Origin: Lachnospiraceae bacterium
GTDB lineage: Bacteria; Bacillota; Clostridia; Lachnospirales; Lachnospiraceae
Assembly: GCA_017441585.1 (NCBI GenBank)
Contig: JAFRWW010000009.1
Span: forward strand, 4,456-68,455
Direction of reading: 5' to 3'
DNA: 64,000 nt
The notes under the pieces were generated by a model. That model saw only the letters and a program-made list of their open reading frames with translations. It ran no database searches and was not told the origin of the DNA. Shown in pieces: positions 8,751 through 18,109 of this stretch (the first letter of the stretch is position 1; the number at the start of each line of letters is the position of its first letter). The position numbers and the translations under genes were made by a program.

Positions 8751-9106
8751 GTCAGTGGGACGATCTGTCGCCGGCGCATTTGCGCGGGAGGAAAGTCCGG
8801 GCTTCACAGGACAGGATGCCGGATAACGTCCGGAGGGGGCGACCCCATGGAAAGTGCAACAGAAAGTATACCGCCGCTACAAGGCGGGCAAGCCCGTTTT
8901 TGCGGTAAGGGTGAAATGGCGTGTGTAAGAGACCACCGCGCACATGGTAACATGTGTGGCAGTGTAAACCCCATCCGAAGCAAGTCCAAGCAGGAGGCTA
9001 TAGAGTGGTCCGCTCTGTCTCCGGGTAGGGCGCTCGAGCTTATCGGTAACGGTAAGCCTAGATAGATGACAGGTCACGACATAACCCGGCTTACAGTCCC
9101 ACTGGC
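8751..9106 (+). ncRNA. rnpB: RNase P RNA (bacterial, type-A-like)
   Basis: Universal P4 strands GAGGAAAGTCCGGGCT (about 8789) and ATAACCCGGCTTACAG (about 9081). P1 pairing is GTCAGTGGGAC (8751-8761) with GTCCCACTGGC (9096-9106). An internal GGTAAGGGTGAAATGG...GTAAGAGACCACCGC resembles type A P10-P12. Confidence 0.9.
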
Positions 9107-9110
9107 ACTG

Positions 9111-9140
9111 CCCCCGATTTTATATCTGGGGTTAATTTTA
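9111..9140. terminator. possible weak, bidirectional terminator between rnpB and the convergent kinase gene
   Basis: ccccg...ctgggg is a 5-bp stem (one G-U pair) followed by a T-rich tract ttaatttt. Weak. Confidence 0.3.
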
Positions 9141-9149
9141 CACTTTTTT

Positions 9150-10805
9150 CTAAACCGGAAATACACTTCCGCCCACAAACTCCCTCACAATGGAATTATT
9201 TGGTATCCCTTCCGTGGATGCACCCAGGAAATACTCCAGGAACTTGAGCAGTCTTTTTGCTTCAAAATATTGGGGATCATCTTCCTCTATGCCAAATAGC
9301 AGAGGCTCCGCATACTGCTTAAGGAGCGCCAGCTCATATATGTGGGCCGAGTTAAACATCACATCAGCGCTTTCCTGATAAGGGAATATATTTTCATCCT
9401 CTCCTCTTCTCACGGAAGCCCACATATCAAGAGTCTTTGACGCGCTGGCTCCCCTGGTCCTGAAATCCCTCACCATACGGCGAAGGAGCCTGGCATCCGT
9501 GGTGGGTATCCTGTTGTGTTCATCCACATTCAATGTAGTGAGTGCACTTATATATATTTTATACTTACTGTCCTTTGGCAGTGAATATGACAGTTCGTCG
9601 TTAAGTCCGTGGATGCCCTCGATCACCAGCACATCCTCTTCTCCAAGCTTCATCAAAGGGCCGTTCATCTCACTCATTCCCGTCAGGAAATCATAGGTAG
9701 GAAGCTGCACTTCCTTTCCTGCCAGAAGGTCAGTCATGTTCTGATTGAAAAGTTCTACGTTAAGGGCCTCCAGGCATTCATAATTTTTGTTCCCGAACTC
9801 GTCAAGAGGGGTATCCGCCCTGTTCTTGAAATAATTGTCAAGCGCTATGGGATGAGGCTTATAGCCATGAGCCCTAAGCTCTATGGACAGCCTGTGGGAA
9901 AAGGAGGTCTTGCCTGAGGATGAAGGGCCTGCGATCATAATGAATTTCCGCCCGCCCCTGCCTATTATATCCTCGGCGATATCGGCTATCTTCTTTTCCA
10001 TTAAGGCTTCCTGAACCAGCACCAGGTCGTTGAACCTTCCGCCTGCTATGCAGTCATTGAGCTCAGCCACTCCCGAGATCTCCAGCATCTCACCCCAGGC
10101 GGTGGACTCCTTCATGGTCTTGAAAAGCTTGGGTGAAGGAGTGAAATGCTCCACGTCATGATCGGGATCCTTTCTCTCCGGAAGCACCAGCATAAACCCT
10201 TCATCATAAAGCAGCAGGTCAAACCACTTTATATATCCGGTAGAGGGAACCATATACCCGTAATAATAATCCTCATACTTATTCAGGCTGTACACATTTA
10301 CGGTGGAATATCTCCTGTATTTGAACAGACGCCTCTTCATGGCCATGCCGTGCTCTTCAAATCTCTCCACGGCCTTATTCAGTTCCATCTGGGTCTTCTT
10401 AAAAGGGATATCCTCTTTTACCAGTTCTTCCATCCTCTTTTTGATGAGAGCCAGTTTCTCTTCGTCCAGCCTAAAATCACCCCTATAGGTGCAATAGTAA
10501 GCCTTGCCTATGGAAAACTCCACCTTCACTCTGTCGATGAGTGAATTGTCTATCACATCATAAAAGGCCTTGAGCATGAGCATGCAGGCGCTGCGCTTAT
10601 AGGACTTATGACCGGCGATACCGGTGAGGGGCTCAAAGCTTATATGCTCCCCTTCCTTTACGGGCCTGAACAGTTCCCTGTACTTTACTCCCTCTATGGC
10701 AAGAATGATATCCGAATCATAATCCTTTTCAAAATCCTTTGCCAGCTCACTGTAGGTGATGCCTGAAGGGTAATCATATTCTTTTCCGTTTACAAATATT
10801 TTCAT
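9150..10805 (-). CDS. uridine kinase / phosphoribulokinase-family nucleoside kinase with N-terminal TGS-like extension
   Basis: P-loop IAGPSSSGKTSF in the C-terminal half and a long N-terminal domain. I chose the ATG at 10805 (AAGGAG 7 nt upstream). The track start at 10835 is a GTG inside the intergenic repeat. Confidence 0.7.
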   Translation of the reverse strand: MKIFVNGKEYDYPSGITYSELAKDFEKDYDSDIILAIEGVKYRELFRPVKEGEHISFEPLTGIAGHKSYKRSACMLMLKAFYDVIDNSLIDRVKVEFSIGKAYYCTYRGDFRLDEEKLALIKKRMEELVKEDIPFKKTQMELNKAVERFEEHGMAMKRRLFKYRRYSTVNVYSLNKYEDYYYGYMVPSTGYIKWFDLLLYDEGFMLVLPERKDPDHDVEHFTPSPKLFKTMKESTAWGEMLEISGVAELNDCIAGGRFNDLVLVQEALMEKKIADIAEDIIGRGGRKFIMIAGPSSSGKTSFSHRLSIELRAHGYKPHPIALDNYFKNRADTPLDEFGNKNYECLEALNVELFNQNMTDLLAGKEVQLPTYDFLTGMSEMNGPLMKLGEEDVLVIEGIHGLNDELSYSLPKDSKYKIYISALTTLNVDEHNRIPTTDARLLRRMVRDFRTRGASASKTLDMWASVRRGEDENIFPYQESADVMFNSAHIYELALLKQYAEPLLFGIEEDDPQYFEAKRLLKFLEYFLGASTEGIPNNSIVREFVGGSVFPV

Positions 10806-10822
10806 CGGATACTCCTTTATAA

Positions 10823-10853
10823 GATTCTTCGTCACTGCGTTCCTCAGAATGAC
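10823..10853. repeat. 31-nt intergenic repeat element A (minus sense GTCATTCTGAGGAACGCAGTGACGAAGAATC)
   Basis: Near-identical to 22627-22657 (27/31) and to the outer arms of 7276-7408. A partial duplicate, cttacagaatgat, follows at about 10866-10878. Confidence 0.75.
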
Positions 10854-10893
10854 AAACGATGGTATTTCTTACAGAATGATAAATCCTTTAATA

Positions 10894-11676
10894 TCATACG
10901 GTCGTAAAAGGTTCCCTTAAGGTCTCGCATACCACACCCACCGACTTAATATTTCTGAGTATATAATCCCTCATGTAACGGATGAACAGTTTCTCGATAC
11001 CATAGTGGCCGGCGTCTATGACGCAAAGTCCCTGCTCCAGGGCATCCAGTCCGGAATGGTGGTCTATGTCTCCGGTGATATATACATCGGCCCCCGCCTC
11101 TATGGCGCTGCCGATCTCGCTCTTCCCGGAGCCCGGCAGTATGGCCACTCTGGATACTATGGTATCACCTGCGCCAAAGCACTTCACATGGGGTATCCCG
11201 AAGGTATCCTTTACCAGCTCGCAAAGCTGTATAAGACTCATTTCCCGGGGGAGCTCCCCCACTCTTCCAAAGCCGGACTTGGCGATCTCATCCTCAAAGG
11301 TGATCTCCAGCACCTCGGTATCTGAAAGACGCAGTTCATCGGCTGCGGCGTCCGCCATTCCCATTATATCAAAATTTGTGTGCATTGCCACGTATGAGAT
11401 ATCATTTTGTGCAAGAGTCAGGATACGGCGTCCCACAAAATCATCATCACTCACTCTCTTTACGGGTGAAAAAATAAGGGGATGATGTGTGAGCAGCATA
11501 TCCGCACCTGAATCCACCGCCCTGTCTATTATCTCCTCGGTGGCATCAAGGGCCACAAATATCTTTTTGATCTCCTTGTCATGACGTCCCACCAGAAGGC
11601 CCACATTATCCCAGCCGGAGGCGTATTCAAAGGGTGCAAGTGCCGACAGATGCTCCATTATCTCATCACAGATCAT
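10894..11676 (-). CDS. Nif3-like dinuclear metal centre protein (YqfO/GTP cyclohydrolase 1 type 2 family)
   Basis: 260 aa with LLTHHPLIF, MHTNFD and C-terminal ITGDIDHH motifs. It sits downstream of trmK, as in Bacillus yqfN-yqfO. Confidence 0.85.
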   Translation of the reverse strand: MICDEIMEHLSALAPFEYASGWDNVGLLVGRHDKEIKKIFVALDATEEIIDRAVDSGADMLLTHHPLIFSPVKRVSDDDFVGRRILTLAQNDISYVAMHTNFDIMGMADAAADELRLSDTEVLEITFEDEIAKSGFGRVGELPREMSLIQLCELVKDTFGIPHVKCFGAGDTIVSRVAILPGSGKSEIGSAIEAGADVYITGDIDHHSGLDALEQGLCVIDAGHYGIEKLFIRYMRDYILRNIKSVGVVCETLREPFTTV

Positions 11677-11745
11677 AAGTACCCTCCTTCATGAACCTTA
11701 ACCTATATAACTGACTGTTTCATCATTACAGTCATCCGATCTGAC

Positions 11746-12531
11746 TCAGTTTGTCCCTTCACCATCGATCAGACCGAATAATCCGTTTAAAAGATCCGTC
11801 TTGATCGAGGGAAGTCTTTTACGCCACTCGGTTACCAGGGATATCCAAAGACGATGCTCCTCAAGCTCTTTCAGCTTCATTTTGTTTAATTCATCTTTCT
11901 TGCCTTTGGATATCTCCTTTATTGCCATGTCCGCCTTTTTCATTTCAGCGGCAAGATAATCATCATAAACCGGATTATCGGCAGTCACTATATCCCGACC
12001 AAATAAAATCTCCATCTCCCCCGGTCTTGCCGGAGCTTTTTTCGTTCTGCGCTTTACGACCTTCATCATGGGATAAAACTTCCCATCCTCAAAGACCATA
12101 TCTTCCTTAAGAGTTTCAAATCCCGTGAAATACAAAAACTCCCTGAGATGCTCCACATCGGACTGAGGCTGGAGGATGATCTGTTTCATCTCATAAAAAA
12201 CAGGCAGGCTCTCCAGAAGTATCCTCTCTATGAGCATACCTCCCATGCCTGCCATTACAGCGCTGTCGCACTCCTTAAGCTTAAGTTCTTTTCCTCCGTC
12301 GGAAAGACGTGTCTCTATCACATCCTCCATGCCATAGGCCGCAATATTTTCCTTTGCGATAGCAAGAGGGCCTTCCTTGACATCCATTGCGATGGCTGCC
12401 TTTACCCTCTTTTCCTTTATGGCATATATGGACAGATAAGCGTGGTCGCAGCCGATATCAGCCACTTTCCGGGCTCTTTCAAGCAGCTGCGCCACCGCCT
12501 TTATTCTGTTGGATACTACGAGCTTTTCCAT
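11746..12531 (-). CDS. trmK: tRNA (adenine22-N1)-methyltransferase
   Basis: SAM-binding VADIGCDHAYLSIY at the N-terminus and a coiled-coil C-terminal domain. It follows sigA, the conserved Firmicutes context. Confidence 0.8.
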   Translation of the reverse strand: MEKLVVSNRIKAVAQLLERARKVADIGCDHAYLSIYAIKEKRVKAAIAMDVKEGPLAIAKENIAAYGMEDVIETRLSDGGKELKLKECDSAVMAGMGGMLIERILLESLPVFYEMKQIILQPQSDVEHLREFLYFTGFETLKEDMVFEDGKFYPMMKVVKRRTKKAPARPGEMEILFGRDIVTADNPVYDDYLAAEMKKADMAIKEISKGKKDELNKMKLKELEEHRLWISLVTEWRKRLPSIKTDLLNGLFGLIDGEGTN

Positions 12532-12534
12532 AAA

Positions 12535-13662
12535 TTACAGTTCAAGATAATCCCTGAGTTTTCGTGAACGGCTGGGGTGTCTTAACTTACGGAGGGCCTT
12601 GGCCTCGATCTGCCTGATCCTCTCTCTGGTGACCTGGAACTCCTTGCCCACTTCCTCCAGAGTCCTGGCTCTGCCGTCATCCAGACCGAACCTTAAACGC
12701 AGTACCTTCTGCTCTCTGTCAGTGAGCTGGTCCAGCACCTCATCCAGCTGCTCTCGAAGGAGGGTGAATGCCGCAGCCTCAGCGGGCACGGGTACATTAT
12801 CATCCTGGATAAAATCTCCCAGATGGGAATCCTCCTCCTCACCGATAGGCGTCTCCAGTGACACGGGCTCCTGTGATATCTTGAGGATCTCCCTGACCTT
12901 TTCCACGGGAGTGTTCATGGCCTCCGCGATTTCCTCGGGGGTGGGTTCACGTCCCAGTTCCTGCAGGAGCTGTCTGCTGACTCTGATCAGCTTGTTTATG
13001 GTCTCCACCATATGCACGGGGATCCTTATGGTCCTGGCCTGGTCTGAGATAGCTCTGGTGATACCCTGACGGATCCACCAGGTGGCATAGGTCGAAAACT
13101 TATAACCCTTTCTGTAATCGAATTTTTCCACAGCCTTGATAAGACCTAAATTTCCCTCCTGGATCAGATCCAGGAAAAGCATTCCGCGGCCCACATATCT
13201 CTTTGCTATGGAAACCACCAGTCTTAAGTTAGCCTCGGCCAGTCTGTTCTTGGCGGCCTCATCGCCCTTTTCCATGCGCTTGGCCAGTTCGATCTCCTCA
13301 TCGGCGGTCAGAAGGGGCACCTTACCTATCTCCTTGAGATACATCCTGACGGGATCCTCCACGGATATACCCTCGGGAGCGCTCAGATCGATATTGTCAA
13401 GGTCCACTTCCTCTTCCTTGACCTGTTCGATATCGGCATCATCGGGATCCTCATCGGGAAGATCCGTTCCGATTATCTTGGTGATGTCCACATTATTCTG
13501 TTCCAGATATTCAAAAATCTTTTCATAATCACTGTCGGAAAGATCCATGTCGCCGAAAAATTCTTCGATCTCGCCATAGTCGATCTCGTTCTTCTTTTTT
13601 CTGGCTTTATCCAGTAGATCCTTGAGTTTTTCGTCCAGTTTCTGATTTGTATTCTCTTCCAT
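12535..13662 (-). CDS. sigA: RNA polymerase primary sigma factor
   Basis: Acidic region 1; region 2 [14 protein letters not shown]; region 3; region 4.2 [30 protein letters not shown]. Confidence 0.96.
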   Translation of the reverse strand: MEENTNQKLDEKLKDLLDKARKKKNEIDYGEIEEFFGDMDLSDSDYEKIFEYLEQNNVDITKIIGTDLPDEDPDDADIEQVKEEEVDLDNIDLSAPEGISVEDPVRMYLKEIGKVPLLTADEEIELAKRMEKGDEAAKNRLAEANLRLVVSIAKRYVGRGMLFLDLIQEGNLGLIKAVEKFDYRKGYKFSTYATWWIRQGITRAISDQARTIRIPVHMVETINKLIRVSRQLLQELGREPTPEEIAEAMNTPVEKVREILKISQEPVSLETPIGEEEDSHLGDFIQDDNVPVPAEAAAFTLLREQLDEVLDQLTDREQKVLRLRFGLDDGRARTLEEVGKEFQVTRERIRQIEAKALRKLRHPSRSRKLRDYLEL

Positions 13663-13672
13663 CTGTGCTCCT

Positions 13673-15448
13673 TTAAAGTTTGATATGCAGATTCTTTAAG
13701 TCCTTCCTCTTGTCTGCCTTAAGCCTGGCCCCTGCAATGGGATCGGATTCTTCAGTCTCATCCCCGGTATTTTCAGAGGCAGCTCTGTTGCCTACGATCT
13801 TGACGATCAGGTCCGAAATAAAATTTTCATAATCGACTCCTTCCATGGTACCTGAGTACTTGGAACTAAAAAGCCGCGATACGGTATCCCTGTCGTAAGA
13901 TTCGTAATACATGTCAACTATGGCAGCAGGATTGGCCTGACCATTTTTAAGCTGGCCGAACAAAACGCCGGCCACATCGCGTACGATCCCTTCTTCAAAG
14001 TCATTCGGACTTACGTGATCGGACACCTTGGGGAATATCCTCGGATCATCCACCAGTGCCGTTAATAAATATCTCTGGGCCGTAAGCAGGGCGTCTTCCT
14101 TTTCCTGTCTGCGACTTGACATGCCGGTTCGCATTTCTTCGGGGAGCTCTATCCCCTCATTTTTGGCCACCAGTTTCATGGCCTCCCTTTTTAGGGACTG
14201 CGGCGGTATATTGTATCTCTGGGAAAGAGCCTTGACATAGCTCTCTCTTTCCAGCTCATCCTCCATCCGGGCGATGACCATTGCCACCTCTTTTGAAAAG
14301 GCGGACTCCCCGTCGGGATCTTTGAGATCAAACTGCCGCATCTTTATATCCAGTTCAAAATAAACACTGTTCTTCGCATTATCCAGGCGCTTTTGAAACT
14401 CTTCGGCGCCGTGGGCACCTATGAATTCATCGGGATCCTTGCATGGTGACAGATCCACCACCTTGCATGCAAGTCCTGCCTGCCGGCAAAGGGGAATGGC
14501 CCTCAGTGCCGCCGTCACGCCCGCGTTATCGGAATCATATATCAGTAATACCTTTTTGACCATCCTGGAAATGAGACGCACATGCTCTATGGTGAGCGCC
14601 GTTCCCAACGATGCCACAGCCTGGTCAAAGCCTGCCTGGTGCATGGCTATGACATCCATATAACCCTCGCAGATAATGAGATGATCCTTGTGGGCGTTTC
14701 TGGCTATATTCAGGCCGTAAAGGTTTTTTCGCTTTTCAAAAATGACGGTCTCGGGTGAATTCAGATACTTGGGTTTACCATCACCCATTACCCTGCCGCC
14801 AAAGCCCAGAACTCTGTTCCTGGCATCCATGATGGGAAAGATCACGCGGTTCCAGAACTTTTCGCTCATACCGTACTTTTCATTATGTACAGCTATACCG
14901 GAGGCTATCATCTCCTCATCGGTATATCCCTGATCCCTGAGTTTTTTTATGAGACCGCTCTTCACCGGGGCATAGCCCAGTCCGAACTTTTGCATGATCT
15001 CTTTTGAAAGACCGCGCTTTATAAAATAATCCATGCCGGTCTTTCCGACATTTTCATCTCTTAAGACCTTATAATAATAAGTGGCAGCCTCTTTGTTAAG
15101 AGCGATGAGTCTGGCCCTCAGGCTGTACTCTTTTTTTTTATCCTCTCCCTGATCTTCCGTTGCGATGGTCACTCCCACCTTTTCCCCCAGAAGCTTAACC
15201 GCCTCGGGAAAGGTGATGTTTTCATACTCACTGACAAAGGAAAAAACGTTACCACCCTTACCGCAGCCGAAGCACTTAAACATCTGCTTGCTCTGGGATA
15301 CGGAAAAAGACGGAGACTTCTCCGTGTGGAAGGGACATAAGCCGAAATAATTAGCCCCGTGTCTCGTAAGCTTTATATAGCCTGAGACCACATCCACGAT
15401 ATCATTCTTTTCTCTGATCTCGTCTATTATCTCTTCCCTGATATACAT
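13673..15448 (-). CDS. dnaG: DNA primase
   Basis: Zinc ribbon [13 protein letters not shown]...CFGCGKGG and a TOPRIM domain with EGYMDVI and DSDNAG. Located immediately upstream of sigA. Confidence 0.96.
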   Translation of the reverse strand: MYIREEIIDEIREKNDIVDVVSGYIKLTRHGANYFGLCPFHTEKSPSFSVSQSKQMFKCFGCGKGGNVFSFVSEYENITFPEAVKLLGEKVGVTIATEDQGEDKKKEYSLRARLIALNKEAATYYYKVLRDENVGKTGMDYFIKRGLSKEIMQKFGLGYAPVKSGLIKKLRDQGYTDEEMIASGIAVHNEKYGMSEKFWNRVIFPIMDARNRVLGFGGRVMGDGKPKYLNSPETVIFEKRKNLYGLNIARNAHKDHLIICEGYMDVIAMHQAGFDQAVASLGTALTIEHVRLISRMVKKVLLIYDSDNAGVTAALRAIPLCRQAGLACKVVDLSPCKDPDEFIGAHGAEEFQKRLDNAKNSVYFELDIKMRQFDLKDPDGESAFSKEVAMVIARMEDELERESYVKALSQRYNIPPQSLKREAMKLVAKNEGIELPEEMRTGMSSRRQEKEDALLTAQRYLLTALVDDPRIFPKVSDHVSPNDFEEGIVRDVAGVLFGQLKNGQANPAAIVDMYYESYDRDTVSRLFSSKYSGTMEGVDYENFISDLIVKIVGNRAASENTGDETEESDPIAGARLKADKRKDLKNLHIKL

Positions 15449-15473
15449 CTTTGCCCCCCATTTACGCGGCTCT

Positions 15474-16481
15474 TTACAGCCGCCAGGAATCCGGAATAAA
15501 CAGTTCCCTGTATTTGTTTACAGCATATCTGTCAGACATGGAAGAAACATAATCACATACGACCCGATGTGGCATATCTCCCCTTTGCTCCATCAGGTTC
15601 CTGTATTCATTCGGAAGCTTATCCGGATGATAAAGATAATATTCATACAGGGTGGCCACCAGATCGTGAGCTTTCTTCTCCTGGGCCTTTGCCTGCTTGT
15701 TGGTATATACATTTTCAAACATGAACTGCCGCAGATCCTTCATGGCCTCTTCCACCTCGGGAGACATACAGATGTCATCCTTATCCAGGGAATTGGTTAT
15801 GATATTGTGTATGAAGCAGTCAAGTCTGGCATTGGTGGTATAACCCGTCACCTTGCAGATGCTCTCCGGTATGTCCTCATTCTTGAGGATGCCGGCCCTT
15901 ATGGCGTCATCACAGTCGTGATATATGTAAGCTATCTTATCCGAGTACCGGACCACCTTTCCCTCTAAGGTACAGGGTTCCAGGCTGGTCTTGTGATTCA
16001 GTATGCCGTCCCTGACTTCCTTTGTCAGGTTCAGTCCCTTGCCGTCCTTTTCCAGCACCTCCACCACGCGCACGCTCTGCTCGTTATGTCTGAAGCCGTA
16101 GGGGCAGACGGAATCCAGTGCCCTCTCTCCCGCATGTCCGAAGGGTGTATGTCCCAGATCGTGTCCCAGGGCTATAGCCTCCACCAGGTCCTCGTTAAGC
16201 CTTAAAGCCTTGGCTATGGTCCTGGCATTCTGAGATACCTCCAGGGTATGGGTCAGACGGGTACGGTAATGATCTCCCTCAGGACTTAAGAATACCTGAG
16301 TCTTATCCTTTAATCTTCTGAAAGCTTTTGAATGAAGAATGCGGTCTCTGTCTCTCTGATATACGGGGCGTATGTCACACTGGGGCTCAGCCCTGTCCCT
16401 GCCCTTTGAATCAGCCGCGCATGAGGCGTAGGGGCTCAGATACTCCTTTTCCTCTTTTTCGATCCGCTCTCTTATGGTCAT
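15474..16481 (-). CDS. dgt: dGTP triphosphohydrolase-like HD-domain protein
   Basis: HD motifs RLTHTLEVSQ and GHDLGHTPFGH. The 335-aa length is typical of the short Dgt family. Confidence 0.85.
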   Translation of the reverse strand: MTIRERIEKEEKEYLSPYASCAADSKGRDRAEPQCDIRPVYQRDRDRILHSKAFRRLKDKTQVFLSPEGDHYRTRLTHTLEVSQNARTIAKALRLNEDLVEAIALGHDLGHTPFGHAGERALDSVCPYGFRHNEQSVRVVEVLEKDGKGLNLTKEVRDGILNHKTSLEPCTLEGKVVRYSDKIAYIYHDCDDAIRAGILKNEDIPESICKVTGYTTNARLDCFIHNIITNSLDKDDICMSPEVEEAMKDLRQFMFENVYTNKQAKAQEKKAHDLVATLYEYYLYHPDKLPNEYRNLMEQRGDMPHRVVCDYVSSMSDRYAVNKYRELFIPDSWRL

Positions 16482-18094
16482 TCCTCTTCACCCATGCCGA
16501 AACGATCTATTGACACGGCCATTCCCATGATGATGAAGACAATGGGCGTGCAGATTATCTGCTGATAGCAGAAGAAATTATGCAGTATATATGCCAGCAC
16601 CGATATAGCCATACCGTATATTATCGGACGCTTTTTCGAATTCTTCATGGAAGTGGCGATGGACGATATAAAAATGCCCAGATAGGTAATGAATCCTACT
16701 ATACCACCGTTTATCAAAATATTAAGCCACTCGTTATGAGCACAGGTAAGGGTGGTATTTTCGCCCCAACGCTCATTTAACGGTTCGGAAAAATAAACAT
16801 ATACAGACTGTGCAAAACCGTCGGGCCCGGCTCCGAAAAGCTTAAGCCACAGATTTTCCTGCTTAAATGTACCCACTGCCGCCTTCCAGGAAAGCCCGCG
16901 GGAATTTCCCCAGTAGTTGTCAAACTTCAGATAATTATTACCCGATGCATACTTTTCACTGACAAGGCCGTTTGTATTGCGGTAAATATAGATCACACCG
17001 CCTGCGATACAGATGAGTACCACACCGAGCAGTACATATCTTATCGGCTTTATCACGGAAATGTTAACCTTTGTTTTTCTGACAGCCACCTGCATGATGA
17101 TATAGAGGATCAGGAAAACAAAGAACGATATGGTGGTGACCTTGCTCTGGCTCATGAAGATGGACAGTTTATCCAGGCGTACCATCACATCCGCATACTT
17201 TATCTGCAACAGGCCTATCACCTTAAAGGAACCTGTGGCCAACAGCATGACCTCCAGAAATCTGATGAAATGCTTATTGGAATCCAGGGATATCCAAAGG
17301 AGCATAAAGAACACTCCTGCAATGGCCATGTACGCACTGTCGGAATTCTGTGTGACCACAGTCATGAAACACAGCACCGTAAACATTCCGAAAACTATCC
17401 TCTGCCACAGCTTATCATAAAACCAGAAAGCTATGACCACAATGGGATAGATAAGGCACAGAAAGCTGGAATACCAGGTAGCCTGTCCCAGAGTGGAAAG
17501 GAAATTCTCAACGTACTGTTCCTCCAGATCCACATACATCTCCATGGGATCGATACGGAACTTCATGATCACTCCGAAGAAAAATACCAGTCCCGAGGAA
17601 CACATGTAGATGAACATGTTAAGGTCGTCCCATCTCCAGAATCTGGATACCAGGAAATATATGAGACAAAAGCCCAACTGCGCCACCAGTCCCATATACC
17701 AGCCGTCATATCCCCAGATCACATTTTCCTTATAGGGGGTGAATATGGCTGAAATAATGGTGGCCACCATGTAGGATAACACGAACCAGTCCGTGATGAT
17801 CATACCGGACTTAGTCTTCGTCAGAAGTTTTTTAAATTCATGTTTACTTATAAAACATGACAGATACCAGATGAAAACTCCCAGGGCAACCACGGCAAAA
17901 ACTCCCGACACCCACTTGAAGAATATCCACTTGGCATCCCCCATATTATAATATTTATCCTGATAATAAAGAGGATAGACGGCCAGCATCAGAAAAACAT
18001 AAGCACCTACCGTCCAGGACATAGCCTTTGCGGCCGCATCTCCGGTCGCAGGTTTCACATATTTCTTTTTTGATTTTGCCGATGCTGCACTCAT
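16478..18094 (-). CDS. O-antigen ligase/polymerase-family (Wzy_C-like) polytopic membrane protein
   Basis: 538 aa with at least 10 hydrophobic segments. A Wzy_C-like periplasmic loop region contains AHNEWLNILINGGIVGF. Its stop overlaps the dgt start (ATGA at 16478-16481). Confidence 0.55.
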   Translation of the reverse strand: MSAASAKSKKKYVKPATGDAAAKAMSWTVGAYVFLMLAVYPLYYQDKYYNMGDAKWIFFKWVSGVFAVVALGVFIWYLSCFISKHEFKKLLTKTKSGMIITDWFVLSYMVATIISAIFTPYKENVIWGYDGWYMGLVAQLGFCLIYFLVSRFWRWDDLNMFIYMCSSGLVFFFGVIMKFRIDPMEMYVDLEEQYVENFLSTLGQATWYSSFLCLIYPIVVIAFWFYDKLWQRIVFGMFTVLCFMTVVTQNSDSAYMAIAGVFFMLLWISLDSNKHFIRFLEVMLLATGSFKVIGLLQIKYADVMVRLDKLSIFMSQSKVTTISFFVFLILYIIMQVAVRKTKVNISVIKPIRYVLLGVVLICIAGGVIYIYRNTNGLVSEKYASGNNYLKFDNYWGNSRGLSWKAAVGTFKQENLWLKLFGAGPDGFAQSVYVYFSEPLNERWGENTTLTCAHNEWLNILINGGIVGFITYLGIFISSIATSMKNSKKRPIIYGMAISVLAYILHNFFCYQQIICTPIVFIIMGMAVSIDRFGMGEEE

Positions 18095-18109
18095 TCCTTG
18101 TTTCCTGTC

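Noticed and set aside
8752-9077. Several 60-170-aa ORFs on both strands between proA and the kinase gene.
   Set aside because: They lie inside the RNase P RNA gene (8751-9106), whose conserved P4 and P1 elements are unambiguous. They are artefacts of a GC-rich structured RNA.
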